From the NCBI GenBank assembly GCA_038141705.1, contig JAYQIQ010000004.1, positions 327,135 to 391,134 on the forward strand: 64,000 nt of DNA, written 5' to 3'. Below the pieces are notes generated by a model. The model was given only the letters and a program-made list of their open reading frames with translations, was not told the DNA's origin and ran no database searches. Below, piece after piece: positions 21,889 to 32,535 of this stretch. The position numbers and the translations under genes were made by a program. Position 1 is the first letter of the stretch; each line of letters starts with the position of its first letter. Source of the stretch: Candidatus Eutrophomonas brisbanensis. Lineage in GTDB: Bacteria > Pseudomonadota > Gammaproteobacteria > Burkholderiales > Eutrophovitaceae.

Positions 21889-21983
21889 AATTACGCACGG
21901 TGACCAATTTTAAACACCTCACCGATGGGCGATCGAAAAGCTGGGGGACACTCGCTCGCCAGAGAAAACGTCCCTCTAATGAG

Positions 21984-23270
21984 CTACGCAACTCTTCGAT
22001 GACCGTAGCGACGCACTCTAATATCAGCTTGTTCCTTATGGCCTGCAAACCCTTCGACTTCACAAAGTCTCGAGCAATACTCTCCCACCATCGCACTGGC
22101 TTCCGGTTTTACTCGCTGATAGGTACACGTTTTTATGAATTTTCCGACCCACAGTCCACCCGTGTAACGCGCAGCTTTACGCGTGGGTAGAGTGTGGTTC
22201 GTTCCAATCACCTTATCCCCAAAAGATACATTGGTCTCCGGCCCCAAAAATAAGGCTCCAAAGTTTGTCATGGTGTTTAAGAAATAATCATTATTGCGTG
22301 TCATCACCTGTACATGCTCGGAGGCTATGCGATCAGCCTCTTTCACCATCTCCGCATTGTCTTTACAAAGAATCACTTGACCGTAATCTTCCCAAGCTTT
22401 TCCAGCAATCTGTGCCGTGGGCAGCACTTTCAACTGCTTATCGATTTCCTTCATCGTATCCTCAGCGAGTCGCTTGGAGGTGGTGAGCAAGATCGCTGGA
22501 GAGTTAGGACCATGCTCAGCCTGGCCTAATAGATCAGTAGCGCAGAGCTCACCGTCGACAGCATCATCAGCGATCACCAAGGTTTCCGTTGGTCCCGCGA
22601 ATAAGTCAATACCGACACGCCCTGACAACTGTCTCTTGGCCTCTGCAACAAACGCATTTCCAGGACCAGCAATCATATCCACCGCATTTATGCTGTCGGT
22701 ACCGATTGCCATCGCGCCAATTGCTTGCACTCCACCAAGTGCATAAATTTCCGTCGCACCTCCTAGATGCATTGCGGCAACAATCGCCGGATGCGGGCTG
22801 CCCTTGTACGGAGGCGCGCAAGCAATGATGCGTTTAACACCAGCAACTTTTGCTGTGACAATACTCATGTGCGCACTAGCGACCATACGCTAATTTCCCC
22901 CTGGAACGTAACAACCCACGCTGTTCACAGGAATATTCTTGTGGCCAAGAACCACGCCCGGCATAGTCTCCACTTCCACGTCGCGAAGCGCGTCTCTCTG
23001 TATCTGCGCAAAGTTTCTGATCTGCGACTGCGCGAACTTGATATCTTCAATCACCTGCTTAGGGAGACTCCTCACACACTCATCAATTTGAGCTTTCGTG
23101 AGACGAAAATCCTTTGGGCTCCAGTTATCAAATTTCTTTGATAACGCTCGCACAGCTACATCGCCACGCTTCTCGATATCAGCCAAGATCGTTTCAACAG
23201 TCTCACGAACCTTTGCAACGTCTGCAGCATCGTCCTCTGCAGAAATGCCCTTTTTGAGCCATATTGCCAT
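21984..23270 (-). pseudogene. histidinol dehydrogenase-family oxidoreductase interrupted by an in-frame TAG
   Basis: ORFs 22890-23270 and 21984-22886 are in the same frame, separated only by the TAG at 22890-22892 (...[25 protein letters not shown]...). The HisD-family core includes [10 protein letters not shown] and QAEHGPNS. Confidence 0.8.
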
Positions 23271-23545
23271 TGGTAATAGCCCTTCTTATAGAAAGTTATA
23301 TAAATCAGTTGGTTATATCGTACGTTTCGCCAGAACATACACGCCAGAAGGCGTTATTTTCATTCGTATACGACGATCAGTCAATGGAAAGCCTGTAAAA
23401 AGTACCCAAAAGGGTCATATTCCCCCCAAACCGATCCAGTTGGGTGACGATAATCACCAAACAATCTTGCCCAGGAGCAGGGTGCGACATACTAATTAAG
23501 TTAAGCTATCATCCGAGCCTAGCCACTAACGATCAACGCACAAAT

Positions 23546-24370
23546 ATGTCAGCAATCTCAAAAACGGCACTAGAAGATTTCAACAAACTCGGGTTTGTCA
23601 TAGTTAAAGGCCTCTTTGACCTCGAGGAGATCGGTATTTTGAGGGCCGCAATCGAAGAAGACCCAAACCTCAAGGCCAACCTTTATGACCGATTTGACGC
23701 CTCCGGCAAAGCTACGAAGATGGCAACGTGGAACCACCCTGGGGACAGTGTTTATGGGCTAGCCGCGAGGAGCAGGCGTATCGTTGACTCGATGGAAACA
23801 ATTCTTCAAGGAGAGGTGTACCACTACCACTCAAAACTCACCGCGAAAGAACCTCGCGACGGGGGCGCGTGGGAATGGCATCAAGATTACGGTTATTGGT
23901 ACCACAACGGAATTGTATTTCCGCAGCTCTGCAGCGTGATGGTCGCCTTAGATCAAACCAACCGTGAGAACGGATGCTTACAGGTTGTTGAAGGTTCGCA
24001 CTTATGCGGAAGAGTCGAACACGGCGTTTTGGAAGGATCGCAGGTTGGGGCAGACGCCAGACGAGTTGAAGAAATCCTAAAGTTTTTACCCATACGTCAC
24101 GTAGAGCTAGAGCCAGGGGATGGAGTGTTTTTTCACTGCAATACGCTCCATCGATCAGATCAAAATCGATCCGAAAAACGCCGCTGGACAGTCATCCACT
24201 GTTATAACCGGGCTACGAACAATCCATTTATTGAGCATCATCACCCCTTCTACACACCTATTCAAAAAGTGGATGACGATGCGATCAAAAAAGCAGGGGT
24301 AAAATTCTCAAGCTCCCGTAAGGAATTCAATGAGAAATCTGTGAACCCTCCAGAATTAACAAAGCAATAG
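23546..24370 (+). CDS. phytanoyl-CoA dioxygenase (PhyH) family Fe(II)/2-oxoglutarate oxygenase
   Basis: Start taken at ATG 23546 (MSAISKTALEDFNKLGFVIVKGLF). HxD facial-triad region WEWHQDYGYW and distal FFHCNTLHRS. Confidence 0.8.
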   Translation: MSAISKTALEDFNKLGFVIVKGLFDLEEIGILRAAIEEDPNLKANLYDRFDASGKATKMATWNHPGDSVYGLAARSRRIVDSMETILQGEVYHYHSKLTAKEPRDGGAWEWHQDYGYWYHNGIVFPQLCSVMVALDQTNRENGCLQVVEGSHLCGRVEHGVLEGSQVGADARRVEEILKFLPIRHVELEPGDGVFFHCNTLHRSDQNRSEKRRWTVIHCYNRATNNPFIEHHHPFYTPIQKVDDDAIKKAGVKFSSSRKEFNEKSVNPPELTKQ

Positions 24371-24375
24371 TATTC

Positions 24376-25183
24376 GTGAATAAACCCCTGCAGAACGTAA
24401 CTCCGAGAACTATTGGCATATTCGATTCCGGGATTGGCGGAATTTCTATCCTCAGAGCTATTAGAAATCTTTTACCCAACGACGATCTTATTTACGTTGC
24501 CGATTCCCTTTATCTCCCATATGGAACTAAAACTCCGAGCTGGATAAAACAAAGATCAATCGCAATCTGCAAGTTTCTCGAGAGGAAAATTCAAACGCTA
24601 TAGTAGTAGCCTGCAACACTGCCACGGGCGCAGCTATCTCGTCGCTTAGAGAAAGCTTTAATCTACCCATCATAGGCATAGAGCCCGCCCTTAAACCAGC
24701 TGCGGAAAGTACAAAAACCGGCGCAGTAGGGATTCTCGCGACAGCCGGGACTCTCGCGAGCGAAAAGTTTGATCAACTGAAAACAAAATTTGCGAAAGAC
24801 CTCGTGATCATCAACCAACCATGCCATGGTTTGGTCGAATTGATTGAGAACGGTAACTGGAGTAGCCCGGAACTAAAAACTTTAGTAAATCAATTTCTAG
24901 AGCCAATGATGCTGGCATCAGTAGATAAGATTGTTCTCGGTTGTACACACTACCCTTTCATTAAAAATACGATTCAGAAATAGTGGGTCCTGATGTCGAG
25001 TTAATTGATCCATCAATCCCCGTTGCTAGTGAGCTAAAACGACGCCTTGAGATGGGCGAAATTAATAGACAAACATCTGCCGGGGAGATGTTCTTCTATG
25101 TAACGGGAGAGAGAAACCGTTTTAAAGTAATCGTCGATAAATTCCTTGATGTTGATGCAAAGGTAAATTCGATAGAAATTTAG
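24376..25183 (+). pseudogene. murI: glutamate racemase, two frameshifts in this sequence
   Basis: Three consecutive frames encode IGIFDSGIGGISIL...ADSLYLPYG / NSNAIVVACNTATGAAI...LGCTHYPF / IVGPDVELIDPS... The joints are at A4 24586-24589 and A3 24978-24980, each one base short. Confidence 0.85.
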
Positions 25184-25300
25184 TTATGGTAAAACGATGT
25201 TTCGGCATCAAGCCATGAGTCGTATTTTAAAAACACTGTTTTACACTCGTGCAAAATAATGCAAAAAAATCCTGAAGGGATTTACTCCCACCAACAAGTT

Positions 25301-26301
25301 ATGCGCTCGGAAAATCATTAATAAATTATTGTTTTGCATTATTTCGTTGGGCGAGTCGCTCTAGTGGGTATAGCACATGGGCAGGACGTACCAGTCTCGG
25401 CGCAAACATTTCGTGACGTTGCGATTTACCCTACGCGTGAGGCCCATGCGTCTACAGAATCACTCAATAACAGTACGATCAGCTCCGAAATCTCGGGAAC
25501 AATCATCCTAATCAATGCCGAAATTGGGCAACGAGTTTCCAAAGATGACGTATTAATACAACTTGATTCCACTGATTACCGACTTATCCTGATTCAGGCA
25601 AAAGCAAACCTAGATGCCGCACAGTCCAAACTGGATTTAAGTAAAAAACAAAGCGGAGCCATCAACTTGTTGAGAAAGGATTCATTTCTCCAGAAGCCCT
25701 GAACATTGCTGACCATTCAAACGCCGAGGCAAATCTGCAGCTTTATTATGCGCAGTACGAAACGGCTAAACGTAACGTAAAAAAATGCACTATCACCTCT
25801 CCTTTTGATGGAATCGTCTCTTCGCGACTCGGTAACCTCGGCGAGATCTCGCAACCAGGCAGCCCTCTATTACAAATCCATGACCTTAATTCAATTGAAG
25901 TAGAGGCCAAAATTCAACCCATCGAGGCTGCTTCGCTGAAAGACAGCCTATCAGTGCAATTTTTAACAAACGGAACCCAATTCCCTGTGCGCATCAAACG
26001 GATCGCTCCAATCATATCGGAGGAGGATCGCTATCAAAAAGTCCGCCTATTGTTCGTTGGCAAAATTCCGCCAATAGGCGCACCTGGCATTATCAAGTGG
26101 TCATCAAAAAAACCACATGTTCCCGTCGACTTAATTGTTAGACGAGACGGCAGACTGGGAGTCTTTCTCCTCGAGAAAGGTAAAGCTCGCTTTAAAATCC
26201 TCGAGGCTGCAAGCGAGGGAAATCCTCTGCGACTGATATCAGTCTCGACAGCATCATCATTACATATGGGCAACATCAGCTTCAGGACAACCAAGCGGTG
26301 A
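25301..26301 (+). pseudogene. RND efflux periplasmic adaptor (HlyD/MFP family), frameshifted in this sequence
   Basis: Lipoyl/hairpin region SSEISGTIILINAEIGQRVSKDDVLIQLDSTDY...AKANLDAAQ, then a frame change at 25643-25652 into ...RSHQLVEKGFISPEAL...ITSPFDGIV... The N-terminus is probably ATG 25301, with a compensating pair of indels (25311-25314 and 25349-25351). The exact 5' end is uncertain. Confidence 0.7.
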
Positions 26302-26314
26302 ATGTCACCCGATA

Positions 26315-29300
26315 ATGGCACCTCTCAAACGATTTCTCTCAAACCATGTTCTCGCAAATCTAACATTTGCAGTCGTACTCATTATGGGTATAGGTGGATA
26401 CCTGAATATGCCACGAGAGCAGGATCCAGAAATCAACTTTAACTGGATCCAGGTAACCACGGTCTATCGAGGCGCATCAACTGAAGATGTCGAAAAACTT
26501 GTCACGCAACCCATCGAGGATGCAATCAGAAAAGTTTCAGATGTCCGCTACGTCTCCTCAAGAAGCCGAGAGGGTATCTCAACGATCTTAGTTCGATTTG
26601 AAGATCTATCAGATAGCATTTTTGACAAAAGGATCAATGATCTCAGGAGAGAGATACAAAACAAGACAAACCAAGACATTCCGGATGAGGTTGACGATCC
26701 ACGAATTATGGAAATAACGACCTCGAACGGATTTCCTACCGCAATGGTTATGGTGCTGGGTCAAGCGAATGATGAAGTCCTGAGACAAGCCGCGCGGCGC
26801 GTCCGAGATGACCTTGAGCGCATCGTTGGGGTCGATGAGGTTTTCACGGTAGGTTTGCAGGACCCTGAATTACTCGTTGAGTTCAATCCCAGAGAAATGG
26901 CAAATTATGGCATCTCGCCCGAAAATTTATCCGACTCAATCGCGGCTTGGTTTCGAGATGTCTCCGCAGGAAATATAAAAATTTCCCAACAAGACTGGTT
27001 AATCCGTCTCATCGGAAAAAGTGATAGGCCTGAAGACCTAGACGCGCTACCAGTGAAATTATCTCCAGGAACAGAGTATGTTCCATTATCGTCCGTTGCA
27101 AAAACAAGCAAAGTCCGAGAAAAACCAGTTCAGCTCGCATCACAAAATCAAAGGGAGGGCGTTCTACTCTCGATCACGAAGAAAAGTTATACCAACACGA
27201 TAGAACTGGTAGATCGTATCAATCAATATTTAAAAAATCAGAACACCGTTCTAATACCGATTGGAATACATCTCGCTTTGGTCGATGATCAAACCATTCC
27301 CACAAAAGAAGCTATCAATGTCATGCAAATTAATGCGGGACTTGGTTTACTTCTAGTGCTTGCTACAACTTGGGCTTTTTTAGGTGGGAGAATGGCGATA
27401 CTCCTGAGCCTTGGTATACCGTTTTCGATAGCGGGAGCTTTTGCTGTGATTTATGCGATCGGTTGGACGCTGAACGTATCCATCCTGATGGGCGTTGTGA
27501 TTGTTCTAGGGATGCTAGTGGACGATACAGTTGTTGTCGTGGAAGCAATCTACTACCGAATATCTCGGGGTTTAGATGCGGTAACGGCGAGTATTAATGC
27601 CCTTCGAGAAATTTTTACACCCGTTCTAACTTCGGTTCTCACCACGATTGCGGCCTTTCTACCTCTGATGCTACTTCCTGGCATTGTTGGAAAGTTCATG
27701 TTGGTTGTTCCGGCAGTTGTCACGCTCGCACTGGCTTTTAGCTTGGTTGAAGCTTTTTGGATGCTACCGGCCCATATTATGGGACTCAACCTAGACTTTA
27801 AAAAAGAAAACAAAAATTCAAAGAATTCGAGAATCTCGGACTCGTTTTATTAGACGCAAGTACACGAAATTTTTGTTGTTCGTCATCAGACGGGCTAAAA
27901 CCTTTCTAGTGGTGTCTTTTTTGGCATTCGTCCTTGCGTTGACAGCTGTTGGCGCCGGGTTTGTAAAAATTCAATTTTTCGCCTTTGATCCGATAAGAAT
28001 TTTCTATGTAAATGTCGATTTGCCTTCGGGAACCGTGCTCGAGGAAACAATGAAGCAAACCGAGATAATCGAACAAAAAGTCCGACAATTCGTGAGGCCG
28101 AGTGAAGAGCGTGCGATTACCTCAGTAGCTGGGATCAAATATACGGACACAGAACCACTATATGCAAGCCGATTCGGCCAAATCATTGTTAGCCTAAATC
28201 CGAAAGAAGGCAACATGCGAGAAGGTCGACGATGTGATTAATTCGATGCGAGACGAGATTACGCAAAATAACGGCCCAGCGAGCGTGACATTTACTAGGA
28301 TATCGGGAGGGCCTCCTCTAACTAAACCGATCAGCGTAAAAATTCGCGGCGATAATTTCGATAGCCTAACGAAGGTGTCCAATGAGCTATCTAAGTTTCT
28401 GAAAACAGTCGACTCGGTTTTTGATATTAGTGACGACAATACTCCCGGAAGAAATGAATTAAATCTCCGGCTAAACCAGGAATCGATTAAGCAATCTGGA
28501 CTCGATCCAAACAATATCGCCAGAGCGATCCGACTGCTCATTGATGGTGAAATCGTGGCTTACGTTCGAACTGGGGAGAACAAATTGACGTTCGAATTAA
28601 ATCAGATTTATTAGATATTGAGGGCACGGATCAATTATTGTCATTACCCATTACGACTCCATCTGGAAATGAAGTGGCTCTACGGCAGTTGGTTCATGTT
28701 AATCATGGAGTCTCTCGCGAAAGCATTCGACACTACAACTTCAGACGAACTCTCACGCTTGAAGCGGACATCGACAGAGAACGAATTAATGAAGTTGAAG
28801 TTAATAATTTAATCAAAGCCGAATGGGAAAAAATTAAAGAGAACTATCCTGACGTCGCCCTGGATTTCTCTGGCGCGCTAGATGACATTCAAGAAAGCCT
28901 CGATGCAATGTTATTACTTTTTTTGTTTGGCATAGGACTCATCTACTTGTTAATAGGAACCCAATTCAAAAGTTACTACCAACCACTGATGATTCTCGCT
29001 TCGGTCCCACTAGCATTCATTGGAGTTGTAATCGGCTTAGTAATTACGCAAAACCCTCTTAGCCTTTACACTATGTATGGAATCGTGGCATTAACCGGTA
29101 TCTCAGTTAACAGTGCGATCGTGTTAATTGATGCAGCTAATTCACGACGGATGTCAGGAATGAGTAGTCTTCACTCAATTGTTTATGCAGGAAGACGCCG
29201 AGTAATTCCCGTCATCATCACTTCGTTTACAACGATAGCAGGCTTACTCTCTCTTGCAACAGGGTTAGGCGGAAGCTCACTACTCTGGGGCCCTGTCGCC

Positions 29301-29384
29301 TCCTCAATTATGTGGGGGTTGGGAGTATCAACCATTATGACGCTTTTCGTTGTCCCTCTTCTGTATAAAGTATTTGTTAAATGA
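26315..29384 (+). pseudogene. RND (AcrB/HAE-type) inner-membrane efflux pump, three frameshifts in this sequence
   Basis: Four ORFs (26315-27853, 27873-28241, 28234-28614, 28638-29384) sum to about 1020 aa of AcrB-like sequence. The joints are at A6 27800-27805, GG 28224-28225 and G4 28573-28576. Confidence 0.85.
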
Positions 29385-29520
29385 CGGTATGCGGCAGATT
29401 GCCTAAACATGAAGTTATGTGAGGTAACTTCCTAATAACATGAGAAGGTATACAACTTATATCTTTGATCAGCGTATCAATAATCGATCAGAGCCCGGAA
29501 CCAAAATAATAAATAAACGA

Positions 29521-30399
29521 TTACGAATTTCTTGAACCCTCTCGTAGATTCAACCAACTTCCCAAAAAAACAATTGCGGCACCAACGTAGACCCAGAGAT
29601 CAGGCATCTCTTCGTAGGCAAAAAAACCCACGAGCGCGATAAACGGTAAGCGCAAGAAATCTATCGGCATTAAGACTGCAACACGTTCCAACTTAAACGC
29701 CCGCGTCATACAATAATGAGCTGACAGGGCGAATAGACCGATGCTGATAACCCAAAAAGACATCATTGCCGACGGAAAATGCCAATCCTCAGTAAAAGCA
29801 AAAGCAGACATCGGTAGCTGTAAAGCTGACATGTAAAAAAGTATTGCTATCGAAGAATCAACATCCGAGAGTTTCTTAGTAAAGGTGTGCGCTACCCCAT
29901 AGGAAAGAGCCGCGCCCAAAACAACTAAAGCCACTGGACTGATTGCCTGAACTCCAGGTCGAAGCATGACCAACACGCCAATAAATCCAATAAAGATTGC
30001 AATTCTGCGGACAGCGCTGATCTTTTCACCGAGATACAACGACGCAAATATCGCAGTCCAAATTGGCATCGTAAAATCAAGGGCAAACACTTCCGCCAAA
30101 GGTATAAGCGCGATCACAAATATCCATGCAAATTGGCCAACGAAGTGAGCCAAATTGCGGACAACATGAAGGCCGAGATAATTCGTACGGACTCGATACC
30201 AACCCACTTTCATGACAATGGCGACCATGACCAAGAAACTAACAACTCCACGAAAAAACAAAATCTGAAAAGTTGAAAACTCTGCAGATAATTCTCGGGC
30301 AGCAATCGCCATCATAGCAAGCGACAAGACAGCAACCACCATCCAAAGTGATGCTCGAAACAATTGAGTTCCAGCCATGCCTCTACAAAAATCTTTCAA
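29521..30399 (-). CDS. DMT superfamily (EamA-like) transporter
   Basis: 292-aa ORF with 10 hydrophobic helices arranged as two EamA-type repeats. Confidence 0.75.
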   Translation of the reverse strand: MKDFCRGMAGTQLFRASLWMVVAVLSLAMMAIAARELSAEFSTFQILFFRGVVSFLVMVAIVMKVGWYRVRTNYLGLHVVRNLAHFVGQFAWIFVIALIPLAEVFALDFTMPIWTAIFASLYLGEKISAVRRIAIFIGFIGVLVMLRPGVQAISPVALVVLGAALSYGVAHTFTKKLSDVDSSIAILFYMSALQLPMSAFAFTEDWHFPSAMMSFWVISIGLFALSAHYCMTRAFKLERVAVLMPIDFLRLPFIALVGFFAYEEMPDLWVYVGAAIVFLGSWLNLREGSRNS

Positions 30400-30426
30400 A
30401 CGGGAGGACTAGTGTTATCAGCCGGT

Positions 30427-31245
30427 CTACACCCGGTAATTGACTCCTTGGTTATCAAGCATACGGGTGAGCGCATTCCACGTATCCATAGCCATTTTGT
30501 AACCTCCAGCATTTTCGAATTGCTTATAGACTTTAAGAGCAATCTCTTCAGGAATTCGTAAGAGGTTATCTACCCCCGCCGCAACGGCATCAATCTGAAT
30601 TTGACATGCCGCATCAAGGTAGTACATTACTTCAACAGCCTCGGCGACCGTCTTTCCAACCGTTAGGAGCCCATGGTTACGAAGAATCATCGCTCGCGAC
30701 TCCTTCCCAAGATCACTAGCCAAACGCACACGCTCATCGAGGTCAAGCGCGATACCTTCATAGTCATGATACGTGACCATTCCGTACGTTCGGGCGGCAT
30801 GTTGGCTAATTGGCAGCAGACCATCCTTGTACGCAGACACAGCTACACCGGCTCTGGTATGCGTATGCAGCACCGCCCCAACTTCAGGTCTCGCCTCGTG
30901 AATACAACCATGAATCACGAACCCCGCTGGATTTACACCTAGTCCTGTGACGTCTTCAATAATATTTGCATCACTATCAATTTTCACCAAATTTGATGCG
31001 GTAATTTCGTTAAATAAAAGCCCGTAGGGATTGATCAAAAAATGTTCTGACCCAGGAACTCGAGCGGTGAAATGCGTAAAGATGAGATCGGTCCACTTGA
31101 GATGATGGGCAACACGATACGCTGCAGCAAGATCACATCGCACGCGCCATTCTTCTTTACTAACCTTTGTTTCAAGCGACACCGTTGAAATCGCATTGCT
31201 ATTTTCTCGATACATGCTACCCCCCGTAATTGCTAATTTTTTCAA
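30427..31245 (-). CDS. class II aldolase/adducin-domain protein
   Basis: 272-aa ORF. LINPYGLLFNEITASNLVKID...AGFVIHGCIHEARPEVGAVLHTHT...LRNHGLLTVG. Confidence 0.8.
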   Translation of the reverse strand: MKKLAITGGSMYRENSNAISTVSLETKVSKEEWRVRCDLAAAYRVAHHLKWTDLIFTHFTARVPGSEHFLINPYGLLFNEITASNLVKIDSDANIIEDVTGLGVNPAGFVIHGCIHEARPEVGAVLHTHTRAGVAVSAYKDGLLPISQHAARTYGMVTYHDYEGIALDLDERVRLASDLGKESRAMILRNHGLLTVGKTVAEAVEVMYYLDAACQIQIDAVAAGVDNLLRIPEEIALKVYKQFENAGGYKMAMDTWNALTRMLDNQGVNYRV

Positions 31246-31266
31246 TGATACAGACTACACAAGCGC

Positions 31267-31791
31267 TCAAACAATCCCAAGCATTCCCAAAATAGCGCCA
31301 ACACAAATTAAAATTAAGAGATGCACGCGGGTCCGCCAAACGAGAACCATTACCACGGCTCCTAGAATCCAAGCTTTCACGGAATGGAATCCGTCAACGA
31401 TAATCCATCCTGTTGAGAAAAGTAAACCCACAACGATTGGGGCAAATCCTGCTTTGATTGCAACTACCCACTTTCTGTGTTGATTAAATTGGCCCCATTT
31501 AGCGACGTAGTAGGCCAATGTAGTCGAGGGTAGGATTATCGCCAGCGTGAGCGCCAAAGCCCCAAATAACCCACCAACCTGATACCCCAAGACTGCGACA
31601 AACATCACATTTGGCCCAGGTGAAATTTTTCCAAGCGCAATTGCAGTGACGAACTCGTTGTTACTCAGTAAGCCCATGTCATCAACAATGACTCGATGCA
31701 TATCGGATGCCACTGTCATCGCCCCGCCAATCGCTAGAAACGAAAACGCGAAGAACTGCAAAATAAGAAATAACCAATCAGTAGTACTCAT
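31267..31791 (-). CDS. chromate ion transporter (CHR) family, short-chain subunit
   Basis: 174-aa ORF with FAFSFLAIGGAMTVASDMH...GKISPGPNVMFVA. It starts directly after the stop of the upstream half (TAAATG). Confidence 0.8.
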   Translation of the reverse strand: MSTTDWLFLILQFFAFSFLAIGGAMTVASDMHRVIVDDMGLLSNNEFVTAIALGKISPGPNVMFVAVLGYQVGGLFGALALTLAIILPSTTLAYYVAKWGQFNQHRKWVVAIKAGFAPIVVGLLFSTGWIIVDGFHSVKAWILGAVVMVLVWRTRVHLLILICVGAILGMLGIV

Positions 31792-32394
31792 TTATTTCAC
31801 TTCTGTATCTCGACGCAAAAGCATTCGATAGGTCGCGATAACCACAGATCCCCCAATTAATAAAATGACGATATAAATCGGAATTCGGAAAATACCAACT
31901 AACGCAAAAACCAAAACCGCCAAAATTAAAAGAAGTTGGTAACGCATCACACCTGATTTAAGCCCAGAGACTAAACGCAACGCTGTCCCGAGGGTCATGC
32001 CCCCGGCCACGACTGACATTCCTCGGATAGCCCCCACCACTAGCTCATTGTCTGAAAAATATCCATAACTTTGATACACGACTAGAACGATAACAATGGG
32101 CAGAACCATCATGCCAGCAAGTGCAGAAAACGCTCCTGATCGACCAAAAAAACGATCGCCTATCGCAAGAGAAAGATTACAAACGTTGGGGCCTGGCAAT
32201 AACTGAGCGACAGAGAAAAGTTCTAGAAATTCTTCCTGACTAATCCAGCGCTTTTGCTCGACCAGAACACGTTGAGTAATCGATATAACACCCCCGAAAC
32301 CTTGGAGCGCAAGCAACGTGAATACGATAAAGATCTCGAAGCACGATTTTGGTTTATTTTGCGACAAAACTATCGAAGAAGGCATGAAGTACAA
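31792..32394 (-). CDS. chromate ion transporter (CHR) family, short-chain subunit
   Basis: 200-aa ORF with LALQGFGGVISITQRVLVEQKRWISQEEFLELFSVAQLLPGPNV. It is the partner of the adjacent short CHR gene. Confidence 0.8.
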   Translation of the reverse strand: MYFMPSSIVLSQNKPKSCFEIFIVFTLLALQGFGGVISITQRVLVEQKRWISQEEFLELFSVAQLLPGPNVCNLSLAIGDRFFGRSGAFSALAGMMVLPIVIVLVVYQSYGYFSDNELVVGAIRGMSVVAGGMTLGTALRLVSGLKSGVMRYQLLLILAVLVFALVGIFRIPIYIVILLIGGSVVIATYRMLLRRDTEVK

Positions 32395-32535
32395 GCTTAT
32401 AAGTACGATTACTTTACAGAGTACAATGCCGACTATGATATACGAGAGGCCGGCTGGTGAGCTGGAGAAAGTTTTGAATGATTCGCCTAACTAGATAATT
32501 GATTGAGTATCAATTGACCAGCACTTAAAAGAGCG

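Noticed and set aside
23328-23354. The direct repeat cgccagaa (23328-23335 and 23342-23349) overlapping the small palindrome acgcc-agaa-ggcgt, in the divergent HisD-like/PhyH promoter region.
   Set aside because: An 8-nt repeat and a 5-bp palindrome in a 275-nt AT-rich spacer are within chance expectation. No regulator gene is adjacent to give it meaning.
29411-29431. A 7-bp hairpin, gaagtta-tgtgagg-taacttc, between the convergent RND pump and DMT genes.
   Set aside because: The stem is short and AT-rich, with no flanking U-tract on either strand. It is too weak to call a terminator or element.
31267-32394. Two abutting half-size chromate-transporter ORFs that look like another frameshift-split gene.
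   Set aside because: The upstream ORF ends in a proper TAA that is immediately followed by the ATG of the second (TAAATG). Each half has its own N- and C-termini. Paired short-chain CHR genes are an established natural arrangement.
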